Shown here one piece after another: positions 30,924-39,354 of a DNA stretch of 45,249 nucleotides. Positions within the stretch are counted from its first letter, which is position 1. Each line of letters begins with the position of its first letter. Below the pieces are notes generated by a model. It did not search any database and had not been told where the DNA came from. It saw only the letters and a program-made list of their open reading frames with translations. The stretch is taken from assembly GCA_964501035.1 (NCBI GenBank), contig CAZCRK010000007.1, positions 1 to 45,249 on the forward strand, read 5' to 3'. The position numbers were made by a program, and so were the translations under genes.

Positions 30924-32876
30924 ATGACTGAATTGATTCAAGAACCTAAAGCGATTAAAACAAAATATAAAGATGCACAAATTGCACATATTCCAACTTT
31001 GGAAGCATATAATAAAACGTATAATCAATCCATTGAAAATATGGATGCATTTTGGGCAGAAAAAGCTGAAAGATTAACATGGTACAAAAAATGGGACACA
31101 GTTTCCAATTGTGATTATCATACCGCAGATATTAAATGGTTTGAAGGTGGTAAACTCAATGTATCTTACAATTGTTTAGATAGGCATATAAATGCTGGTC
31201 ATGGAGAGCAAACTGCACTCATTTGGGAAGGCAATGATCCAACTGAAGATGCATCTTACTCCTATAAAGAAATGCTCGAAAAAGTATCTCGATTTGCAAA
31301 TGTTCTAAAAGCAAATGGTGTAAAAAAGGGCGATAGAGTTTGTTTATACATGCAAATGATACCTGAACTATCTGTTGCTATGTTAGCATGTACTCGTATT
31401 GGTGCGGTTCACTCAATTGTGTTTGGTGCATTTTCACCCGATGCATTACGTGATAGAATTAATGATTCTGAGTGTAAGATTTTAGTAACACAGGATACGG
31501 GTGTACGTGGTAAAAAACTCAATATTCCAATGAAATCAAATGCAGATAAAGCATTAGTAGATACTCCATCTATTGAAAAAGTGTTTGTTGTAAAACGAAC
31601 TGGTGAAGATGTCAATATGGATGATAGTAGAGATGTTTGGTGGCATGATGAAGTAAGTAAAGTATCATCAGATTGTGAACCTGTACAAATGGATGCAGAA
31701 GATCCATTGTTTATTCTCTATACGTCTGGTTCAACAGGAAAACCAAAAGGTGTATTGCATACAACAGCAGGATATCTACTTTTTGCATCTTACACACATG
31801 AGAGCATTTTTGATTATCAAGCAGGAGATATTTATTGGTGTACTGCTGATATTGGTTGGATTACTGGTCATTCATACATCGTATATGGACCCATGGCAAA
31901 TAGAGCAACAACCATGATGTTTGAAGGTGTTCCAAATTATCCTGACTTTGGTCGGTTTTGGCAAATAGTTGAGAAACATAAAGTAAATATTTTCTATACA
32001 GCACCTACTGCACTACGCGCACTAATGCGTGAAGGTGATGAATATGTAACCAAGTGGGATAGATCCACCTTGAAAGTACTGGGTACTGTTGGCGAACCTA
32101 TTAAAGAGCCAGAGTGGATGTGGTATAAAGATGTAGTTGGAAATGATACGTGCCCAATTGTTGACACATGGTGGCAAACTGAAACGGGTGGAATTTTAAT
32201 TACTCCACTTCCTTCAGCAATTGCTACAAAACCTGGGTCTGCAACCATGCCATTTTTTGGTATTCAACCTGTTATCTTAAATGCAGAAGGTAAGGAAAAA
32301 GATGGAAATGGAGTTGATGGATTACTTGCCATTAAACATTCATGGCCTGGGCAAATGCGAACCATTTATGGTGATCATCAACGATTCTTTGATACTTATT
32401 TTTCAATGTATCCTGGATATTACTTTACCGGTGATGGTGCAAAACGCGATGAAGATGGATACTATTGGATTACAGGTCGAGTAGATGATGTGCTAAATGT
32501 GTCTGGACATCGATTGGGTACTGCAGAAATTGAAGGTGCAATTGGTGCTTTTGATTCTGTTGCTGAAGCGGCTGTAGTTGGATTTCCTCATGATGTGAAA
32601 GGTCAAGGAATTTATGCCTATGTTACATTGATGGCTGGCGAAGAACCTTGTGATGACACTTTAAAAGGTATTCGTATGAAAGTAAGAGAGTTAATTGGAC
32701 CACATGCATCTCCGGATAAAGTTCAATTTACTCCTGCACTTCCAAAAACACGCTCTGGAAAGATTATGAGACGTATTCTTCGCAAAATCGCTGAGAATAA
32801 CATCTCTAGTTTAGGTGATACATCTACTTTGGCAGACCCAACTGTAGTGGATCATTTGTTAGAAGGTAGAAAATAG
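30924..32876 (+). CDS. acs: Acetyl-CoA synthetase (AMP-forming)
   Basis: [70 protein letters not shown] at 30924 follows a GAAGGGG RBS (30903 is an alternative start). Confidence 0.97.
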   Translation: MTELIQEPKAIKTKYKDAQIAHIPTLEAYNKTYNQSIENMDAFWAEKAERLTWYKKWDTVSNCDYHTADIKWFEGGKLNVSYNCLDRHINAGHGEQTALIWEGNDPTEDASYSYKEMLEKVSRFANVLKANGVKKGDRVCLYMQMIPELSVAMLACTRIGAVHSIVFGAFSPDALRDRINDSECKILVTQDTGVRGKKLNIPMKSNADKALVDTPSIEKVFVVKRTGEDVNMDDSRDVWWHDEVSKVSSDCEPVQMDAEDPLFILYTSGSTGKPKGVLHTTAGYLLFASYTHESIFDYQAGDIYWCTADIGWITGHSYIVYGPMANRATTMMFEGVPNYPDFGRFWQIVEKHKVNIFYTAPTALRALMREGDEYVTKWDRSTLKVLGTVGEPIKEPEWMWYKDVVGNDTCPIVDTWWQTETGGILITPLPSAIATKPGSATMPFFGIQPVILNAEGKEKDGNGVDGLLAIKHSWPGQMRTIYGDHQRFFDTYFSMYPGYYFTGDGAKRDEDGYYWITGRVDDVLNVSGHRLGTAEIEGAIGAFDSVAEAAVVGFPHDVKGQGIYAYVTLMAGEEPCDDTLKGIRMKVRELIGPHASPDKVQFTPALPKTRSGKIMRRILRKIAENNISSLGDTSTLADPTVVDHLLEGRK

Positions 32877-32912
32877 ACTTCTTTCCCCTGGAGGTATGAA
32901 AATACCACCAAT

Positions 32913-32956
32913 AAGCTGGGAGGGTTCCATATTGGAGCTCTCCCAGTTTTGTTTTT
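32913..32956 (+). terminator. Intrinsic terminator between acs and convergent aspS
   Basis: AAGCTGGGAGGGTTCCA-TAT-TGGAGCTCTCCCAGTTT (with G-U pairs), then a T-rich tail. A second small hairpin, TGGAGGTAT-GAAA-ATACCACCA, lies at 32889-32910. Confidence 0.8.
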
Positions 32957-32961
32957 AATGA

Positions 32962-34725
32962 TTATTTTTTGAGTTCTAGTCCAAGTTCAGATAATTGTTC
33001 ACTATCAACATTGGAAGGTGAATTGTCCATTAAAGACATTGCGGATGTTGTTTTTGGAAATGCAATGACATCTCTAATTTGATTAGAACCTACCAATAAC
33101 ATTACAATTCGATCCAAACCGAAAGCCATGCCACCATGGGGGGGTGCACCGTATTTAAATGCATTCATCAAAAATCCAAATTTCTCTTGAGCTTCTTCAT
33201 CACTTATACCTAATAAGGTAAATATTTTTGCTTGTAAATCTTTGTTGTGAATACGAATGGAACCACCACCTAATTCGTAACCATTCATTACAATATCATA
33301 CCCCAATGAACGTACTTTACCTGGATCAGTGTCCATCATTCCAAGGTCATCTGGGTGAGGTGAGGTAAATGGGTGATGTAAAGCATCCCATCGATTTTTG
33401 TCTTCATTCCATTCAACAAGTGGGAAGTCAACGACCCACAAAGGAGCCCACGCATTTTCATCGATAAGGTTTTCACGTTTGCCTAATTCAAGACGTAATG
33501 CCCCCAAAGCATTAAACACTACTTTTGCGCTATCACCTACAATAAAAATGACATCCCCATCTTGTACTTTGCATTGCATACGAATGTCTGATTGAACATC
33601 TTCTGGAAAGAATTTACTAATTCCTCCATCTAATTTTCCATCGACAGCTTTCATCCAAGCCAAACCTTTTGCACCGTAATACTTTTTCATCAAATCGGTG
33701 AGTTCATCTATTACTTTTCGACTATAATTACCTGCGTTAGGACAGACAAGAGCTTTCACTCTACCACCAGCATCCAAGACAGATTTAAAGGCATTAAACT
33801 CAGATTTTTCCACAAAAGGTGCAAATTCTTGCAGTTTCATTTCAAATCGTGTATCAGGTTTGTCTGAACCATATGCCTCTAGTGCATCATAATATGAAAA
33901 AACTGGAAACTGATCCGGTAAATCAACATCCAAAGTCTGTTTCCAAAGGTGTTGTGTTAAATGTGTTCCTAACTCCACTATATCATCTTGGGTAACAAAT
34001 GACATTTCAATATCAATTTGTGTAAACTCCGGTTGACGATCTGCTCTAAAATCTTCATCTCTAAAACATTTTACAATTTGAAAGTACCTGTCAAACCCAG
34101 ACACCATAAGTAATTGCTTGTAGGTTTGTGGTGATTGAGGTAGGGCATAAAATTTACCTTTATGAATTCTGCTAGGTACCAAGAAGTCTCGAGCACCTTC
34201 AGGTGTAGATTTCATTAAAACTGGAGTTTCAACTTCAATGAATTGTGAGTCAGAAAGATACTTGCGCGTTTCAATTGTTGCCTTATGACGCATTACCATG
34301 TGGTTTTGTAGCTCTTCAGTTCGAAGTTCCAAATATCGATACTTTAACCGATGGTCCTCCATTGCTGAATTTCTATCATTAATATCAAATGGTGTAGGAT
34401 CAGATTCATTATACACTGTTAAATCAGTGACTTCTACTTCAATGTTACCTGTAACCATATTTTTATTTTCAGCACCATCTTGCCGAGCGACGACAGTGCC
34501 AGAAATACCAATTACATCTTCCAGCCCTAATTTTTTAACTTGTGCGAAAGCATTTGCATTGATTTCTTCATTAAACACTATTTGTGTTTTACCATATCTG
34601 TCACGCAAATCAATAAATCGCAATGCACCCAAATCTCTAGATTTTGATATCCAACCATTTAAACTTACCGTTTCTCCAATATGGGTTTTTCGCAAGTCAC
34701 CGCAAGTATGTGTTCGTTTAATCAC
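32962..34725 (-). CDS. aspS: Aspartate--tRNA ligase
   Basis: RTHTCG, FIDLRDRYG, STPEGARDF, PQSPQ, FRDEDFRADRQPEFTQ, ELGGGSIR, GMAFGLDR. GTG at 34725 follows a GGAG RBS; the ORF-track start at 34767 is probably too long. Confidence 0.97.
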   Translation of the reverse strand: MIKRTHTCGDLRKTHIGETVSLNGWISKSRDLGALRFIDLRDRYGKTQIVFNEEINANAFAQVKKLGLEDVIGISGTVVARQDGAENKNMVTGNIEVEVTDLTVYNESDPTPFDINDRNSAMEDHRLKYRYLELRTEELQNHMVMRHKATIETRKYLSDSQFIEVETPVLMKSTPEGARDFLVPSRIHKGKFYALPQSPQTYKQLLMVSGFDRYFQIVKCFRDEDFRADRQPEFTQIDIEMSFVTQDDIVELGTHLTQHLWKQTLDVDLPDQFPVFSYYDALEAYGSDKPDTRFEMKLQEFAPFVEKSEFNAFKSVLDAGGRVKALVCPNAGNYSRKVIDELTDLMKKYYGAKGLAWMKAVDGKLDGGISKFFPEDVQSDIRMQCKVQDGDVIFIVGDSAKVVFNALGALRLELGKRENLIDENAWAPLWVVDFPLVEWNEDKNRWDALHHPFTSPHPDDLGMMDTDPGKVRSLGYDIVMNGYELGGGSIRIHNKDLQAKIFTLLGISDEEAQEKFGFLMNAFKYGAPPHGGMAFGLDRIVMLLVGSNQIRDVIAFPKTTSAMSLMDNSPSNVDSEQLSELGLELKK

Positions 34726-34864
34726 AATATTCTCCAATATAAGCAGGGGGAATTTAGGAGGTTTCAAACGATTGATGTTAGAATTTATTTAAGGTATAAA
34801 TTGATTAAAATTATTTACATCAACCATGCTAAATTGATTCAGTATTTACTGCAATCAAAAGAAA

Positions 34865-35914
34865 ATGTTGAAAACAATATTACAAATAGCAATAATTATA
34901 GGGGTACCATTTTTACAAATCTTGGACAAAGAACCCATCGCATTCTCTCCAGTTAAAGCTCCTGAATATACAGGGGTATTGACACAAAATGAGAAACTCC
35001 AAACAGCTGAACTTTTGTTTAAAGGGAAGGTTTCAGGTCCAGAAGATATTGCCATTGATTCTGAAGGCAACCTATATATTTCAAATGAAGACGGACATAT
35101 TTTTAAATCCAATTCAAAAGAAGAATTACATATTTTTGCAAAAACTGAGGGACGTCCACTTGGTTTACGGTTTGATTCAAATGATAATTTAATTGTTTGC
35201 CATGAATCAATGGGGTTGATTTCTATTAATTCTAAAGGAGAAATATCAACTTTGGTTAGCAATTCTCAAGGGTTTTCACTAATTGATGATTTAGTGATTT
35301 CTAGTAATGATGTAGTTTATTTCTCCGATGCTACCCAATTAGAGGGGCTTGATGGATTTTATAATGATATTTTACTCCATCATCCACTCGGTAGTGTGTG
35401 GAGTTATGATATTCCATTAAAAGAGTTAAGAAAAGTAGCTGATAGTTTGTATTTCCCGAATGGATTGGAGTTATCCAAAGATGAATCCATATTATACATC
35501 AATGAAACACCTATGTATAGGACGTTGCAATTAACACTGATTGGTAAGAAAAGGGGAGAAATTGATATTTTTTCTGAAAATTTACCAGGATTTCCAGATG
35601 GTATTGATCCTGCATCTGATGGGGGATATTGGATTTCTTTAGCATCTCCAAGAAAATGGGTAGTTGATTCAATAATTTCTCCATCGGTATGGTTGAAAAA
35701 GTTTTTGATGGTAGCTCCCCAATGGATGCGTCCAAAACCAACATTATATGGAATTATCATTAAGGTTGATTCCAAAGGTGAAATAATCGGTAGTTATCAT
35801 GACCCATCTGGAGAGCATCTTCATACCATTACAAATGTTGTTGAATATGATGGTTATCTCTATATTGGTTCATTGTTTAATGATTGTGTTGGATTATTTG
35901 AATTGGAACATTAA
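34865..35914 (+). CDS. SMP-30/gluconolactonase/strictosidine synthase family beta-propeller protein
   Basis: N-terminal anchor, GPEDIA, GRPLGL, YFSDA, LYFPNG, NLPGFPDGI, LYIGSL. Confidence 0.9.
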   Translation: MLKTILQIAIIIGVPFLQILDKEPIAFSPVKAPEYTGVLTQNEKLQTAELLFKGKVSGPEDIAIDSEGNLYISNEDGHIFKSNSKEELHIFAKTEGRPLGLRFDSNDNLIVCHESMGLISINSKGEISTLVSNSQGFSLIDDLVISSNDVVYFSDATQLEGLDGFYNDILLHHPLGSVWSYDIPLKELRKVADSLYFPNGLELSKDESILYINETPMYRTLQLTLIGKKRGEIDIFSENLPGFPDGIDPASDGGYWISLASPRKWVVDSIISPSVWLKKFLMVAPQWMRPKPTLYGIIIKVDSKGEIIGSYHDPSGEHLHTITNVVEYDGYLYIGSLFNDCVGLFELEH

Positions 35915-36569
35915 ATTGATTTTCTTTCTGTTAATTCTAATTTCCATGTTGGCTATTCTTGCATCGTTTTCACAAAGAAAATTTGGTAAATTCTTTTTGC
36001 TAACTACTATTGTATTATCCTTCGCTCTAACCAGTTATCATAATTTTACGTTTCACCCACATTATCAAGTTTGGATGTGTAATTTTACTGCATTGTTTTC
36101 TATTATTTTGCTATTAAAATTTAATCAAATCCTTTTAGATATCACGATGTTCTTTGCGTGGACAGGAGATATATTCACTTTTTTAGTACCTAATAATCAA
36201 ACGCTACCGAATGTAGATGAATTTCCCATTATTTGGTTAGCATATTGGCTCAAACATATTATTCCACTGTGCATTACACTATACTTAATATTTAGTGAGA
36301 AAAGACGTTTATCCCATGATGCATATTGGATAGCTGTTAGAGCGCTCATTATATATATTTGTTTTATTGCAAATTATAATTTAATTTTCGATCAAAATAT
36401 TATGGATTTACGATTTCCAACAGTTGAAATTCAGCGATATTTTGGACCATGGCCAATATACATAATCGTAGATACAATTATTATTTTGACTTGGTATTTG
36501 GCTATTGATTATTTGCAGAAAAAGTGGGTTGTTAGATTAGATTTAAATATTTTGAAAAAGGAAGGGTAA
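35880..36569 (+). CDS. Integral membrane protein, YwaF/TMEM164-like (start uncertain)
   Basis: Multiple TMs; WMCN, YWLKH, N..FDQNIMDL, FGPWPIYI motifs. The ORF-track start at 35799 overlaps the upstream gene by 116 nt, so a later ATG was chosen. Confidence 0.7.
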   Translation: MIVLDYLNWNIKLIFFLLILISMLAILASFSQRKFGKFFLLTTIVLSFALTSYHNFTFHPHYQVWMCNFTALFSIILLLKFNQILLDITMFFAWTGDIFTFLVPNNQTLPNVDEFPIIWLAYWLKHIIPLCITLYLIFSEKRRLSHDAYWIAVRALIIYICFIANYNLIFDQNIMDLRFPTVEIQRYFGPWPIYIIVDTIIILTWYLAIDYLQKKWVVRLDLNILKKEG

Positions 36570-36586
36570 AGGTGTAAGTTTATTCT

Positions 36587-38104
36587 ATGAAGAAAATAAT
36601 TAATATTGCAATGTTATGTTTACTTTGTTTTGGGTTTTTATATTCAGAGGTATATCAAAACACCCCACCTGTTAGGAAAATTGTAATGCGTGATTATGTT
36701 GAAAATGGACGTGTTAATGCATTATCTAAAAATAATGAACAAAATGTAAATATGTTAATTCAGTTGGATTTAGTCAATGATAGTTTACTTACGTTAGTGA
36801 ATAATGCAATTAATGGGTTGGAATTTTTTGCTGGACCCTCATCCTATCAGAGAATTTTAAATTATTCACAATTTTCAAATATTCAAAATATTCTGACAGA
36901 TGAGAATTATCGAATTATTTCAAATAATTATGTTGCTACTGATTCGCGAGATTATTGGTCTGAAACACAAGGGGGTGGTACATATATCGGTGCAAGTGGG
37001 GATGTTGATCCATCATGTATGTGTTTAGATGCATCAAATTGCTTAGTTATTGGATTCAATGATGATTGGTGGGATCCATTGGATTATTATGGTGAGGCAT
37101 GGTGGGGGTTTAATCCACCCGAAAATGATGGATTGATTGAGGTTCGAGTTTCTGTAAAAGGATCACAATGTGATGATTTACCGTTATGGTCCGAAACAAC
37201 CGTTTCAATGAGAAATTCAAGTTGTGGTTGGTCCGATGATTGGGAAGCTACTTTGAGCATTGAAAATACAGTAAATGGCCCATATGTTCTACCTGAAAAT
37301 ATGTTAGATAATATTTTCTGTGAAGGTTCATTTCAACCCATTATAGGGTCTGAAGATAATTATAATGTTGAATGGGTGAAATTAGAGTTTATCTATGATT
37401 GCAATGTGTCAAACCCTCCAACAACTTTCCAAGCTTCTGATAGTGAATTTTGTGATTACGTAAGTTTACAATGGTCATCAGATAGTGAAGCAAGTGGTGT
37501 AATTATTACTCGAGATGGAGAACAAATTGCAGACGTTGGGACAAATATTACCACATATGATGACTATTATGCTCAAGATGGTCAGAGTCATGAATATTGT
37601 GTGTACACTTATAACAATTGTGGAAATTCTGGTATGCTGTGTAACCCAGGCTCAACTCAAGGAATTTCTAATTCACCCACAAATGTAGAAGCAAGTAATG
37701 ATTTATCAGGTGAAATTATGGTCACCTGGGATGCTACAGAAAATACATCCTCCTATAAAATATACCGAGATACTTTTCTTCTGGGGATGCAAACAGCTGA
37801 TTCTCCAACGATATTTGTTGATCAATTTGTAGAAAATGGGTTTGAATATCTTTACTGTGTTGAAAGTGTTAATGATTGCGGGAATTCTGAACTTGCGTGT
37901 GATGTTGGTTTAAGTCAGTTTGGTAATTTAGGTGATTTAAATAATGATGAAATCATAGATGTGATTGATATTGTGTTAATGGTAAATATTATTACGGAAA
38001 CACATACCCCATCAGAATATGAGATATGGGCTGGTGATCTTAACTCAGATGGTTCACTTAATATTCAAGATATCATACTTTTAGTTCAGGTTATTATTAA
38101 CTAA
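36587..38104 (+). CDS. Secreted Cys-rich protein with two fibronectin-III-like repeats and a C-terminal dockerin-type domain
   Basis: Signal peptide; two repeats P(T)xxxAS...W......I(T/Y)RD......Y(E/L)YCV...NxCGNS; twin Ca-binding loops GDLNNDEIIDVIDIV and GDLNSDGSLNIQDII. Confidence 0.85.
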   Translation: MKKIINIAMLCLLCFGFLYSEVYQNTPPVRKIVMRDYVENGRVNALSKNNEQNVNMLIQLDLVNDSLLTLVNNAINGLEFFAGPSSYQRILNYSQFSNIQNILTDENYRIISNNYVATDSRDYWSETQGGGTYIGASGDVDPSCMCLDASNCLVIGFNDDWWDPLDYYGEAWWGFNPPENDGLIEVRVSVKGSQCDDLPLWSETTVSMRNSSCGWSDDWEATLSIENTVNGPYVLPENMLDNIFCEGSFQPIIGSEDNYNVEWVKLEFIYDCNVSNPPTTFQASDSEFCDYVSLQWSSDSEASGVIITRDGEQIADVGTNITTYDDYYAQDGQSHEYCVYTYNNCGNSGMLCNPGSTQGISNSPTNVEASNDLSGEIMVTWDATENTSSYKIYRDTFLLGMQTADSPTIFVDQFVENGFEYLYCVESVNDCGNSELACDVGLSQFGNLGDLNNDEIIDVIDIVLMVNIITETHTPSEYEIWAGDLNSDGSLNIQDIILLVQVIIN

Positions 38105-38280
38105 CCAGCCTGTTTATAATGATTATTTTTATTAATCTGCCTAATTATATAGAGTTTCAATAAAATGTCAGGTTTTAAATGTAATAGCGCAGAAAAATAA
38201 TTTATTGCTGATTCCTTATCAACCGCATCTATTTGATTTTTTACTTCCTGTGTTTGTTTTGGTATTAGTAAGTATATCAT
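38101..38280 (-). CDS. Small hypothetical protein (59 aa), absent from the ORF track
   Basis: Manual translation MIYLLIPKQTQEVKNQIDAVDKESAINYFSALLHLKPDILLKLYIIRQINKNNHYKQAG*. Purine-rich RBS GAAGGGGGAG just upstream of the ATG; fills the gap and overlaps the convergent stop by 4 nt. Confidence 0.7.
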   Translation of the reverse strand: MIYLLIPKQTQEVKNQIDAVDKESAINYFSALLHLKPDILLKLYIIRQINKNNHYKQAG

Positions 38281-38357
38281 ATCTCCCCCTTCAAGTTAGA
38301 TGAAATATAATATCTATTGATAAATTATGATGTAGCAGTTGTCACAAAAAAAATGTT

Positions 38358-38699
38358 TTATTTACTAGAAGTGTTTTCTGCTATTTTCCACGAATGTAAC
38401 TGAAACTTACCAGCTTTATTTACAATATTAGAAATAGATTCAAAATTAGCTGGCTGAGAGAACTTAACAGTGAATACCCATGTTTTTGGATTGAATGAAT
38501 ATGATTTTAATCCTTTATGCCCATCCAGAGCATCTTCAATATTATTGGGTCAACCTAATCATAAATACCCTGCTTTAACAAGCATACCTTCTACTTTAAA
38601 TGTAGCAGTTGTGATATTGTTGTTTTGGTGTAACATACTAAAAATAAACAGACCTATAATTACAAGCCCTGTACTATAGAGTAAAATCTTATCCGACAT
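38358..38699 (-). CDS. Putative selenoprotein: N-terminally anchored HMA/MerP-like domain with a UxxU motif (113 aa, in-frame TGA at codons 47 and 50)
   Basis: Manual translation MSDKILLYSTGLVIIGLFIFSMLHQNNNITTATFKVEGMLVKAGYL-U-LG-U-PNNIEDALDGHKGLKSYSFNPKTWVFTVKFSQPANFESISNIVNKAGKFQLHSWKIAENTSSK*. TGAs at 38561-38559 and 38552-38550. The start overlaps the end of marC by 11 nt, and a SECIS-like hairpin follows. Confidence 0.8.
38517..38533 (-). promoter_or_regulatory. Candidate bacterial SECIS hairpin
   Basis: mRNA AUGCUC-UGGAU-GGGCAU: 6-bp stem (one U-G) and a 5-nt loop with G at position 2. The loop starts at +23 from the second UGA and +32 from the first. Confidence 0.6.
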
Positions 38700-39354
38700 A
38701 TTGGCTAACTTTTAACCAATTTGTTATGATAGGAGTTAAGCCATTAATAATAAATTGAATTGCAATAACCATTAGGAGTAATCCCATAATTCGCTGAACA
38801 ATTCTGAGTCCTGTTGTTCCAAATCGTTGCGTCATTCTATCTGCAGTAAAGAAGACAGTAAATGTTAAAATCATTACCAATAGAATAGTAAGAAACAAAA
38901 CAAGTTTGTGTTCTAAAGTATGAGCATCAGATGCTAAAATCATCGTCGAAGTGATTGCCCCAGGACCCGCTATTAGTGGCATTCCTATTGGTGTTACAGC
39001 AATTTCATTTTTTGAATGTGCCTCATCTTCTTCTTTTGGGGTTGTTCTTGTTCGAGAAATCTTAGATTCTAACATTCCAATTCCCACTCTGAAGAATAAA
39101 ATGCCGCCTGCAATCCTAAAAGCATCAATAGTTATTCCAAAAAAAGAAAAAATGAGCTGACCAAATGCTCCAAACATAAATAAAATGAGAGTTGCAGTGA
39201 TTACACCTTTGAAAGCAATAAGAACCCTGTCTCTTTCATTGTATGGATCCACCATTGATAAAAATATTGGGCTTAATCCAATTGGATTAATCAATGTAAA
39301 CAAAGATGTAAAAGATAAAGTAAAATAGGTTAATAATATGGTATTAACTTCCAT
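38689..39354 (-). CDS. marC: MarC family integral membrane protein
   Basis: INPIGLSPIF, FFGITIDAFRIAGGILF, IAVTPIGMPLIAGPGAI, RIMGLLLMVIAIQFI. Confidence 0.93.
   Translation of the reverse strand: MEVNTILLTYFTLSFTSLFTLINPIGLSPIFLSMVDPYNERDRVLIAFKGVITATLILFMFGAFGQLIFSFFGITIDAFRIAGGILFFRVGIGMLESKISRTRTTPKEEDEAHSKNEIAVTPIGMPLIAGPGAITSTMILASDAHTLEHKLVLFLTILLVMILTFTVFFTADRMTQRFGTTGLRIVQRIMGLLLMVIAIQFIINGLTPIITNWLKVSQYVG

Noticed and set aside
38550..38561. TGA codons read as Trp/Gly (code 4/25) or as pseudogene stops
   Set aside because: TGA ends other genes in the window and long ORFs use TGG with no internal TGA. A pseudogene is not excluded, but is unlikely because both stops sit at the CxxC positions with an intact frame and a SECIS-like hairpin.
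38470..38679. 69-aa plus-strand ORF from the track
   Set aside because: Antisense shadow of the UxxU HMA-like gene; no RBS or recognisable motif.
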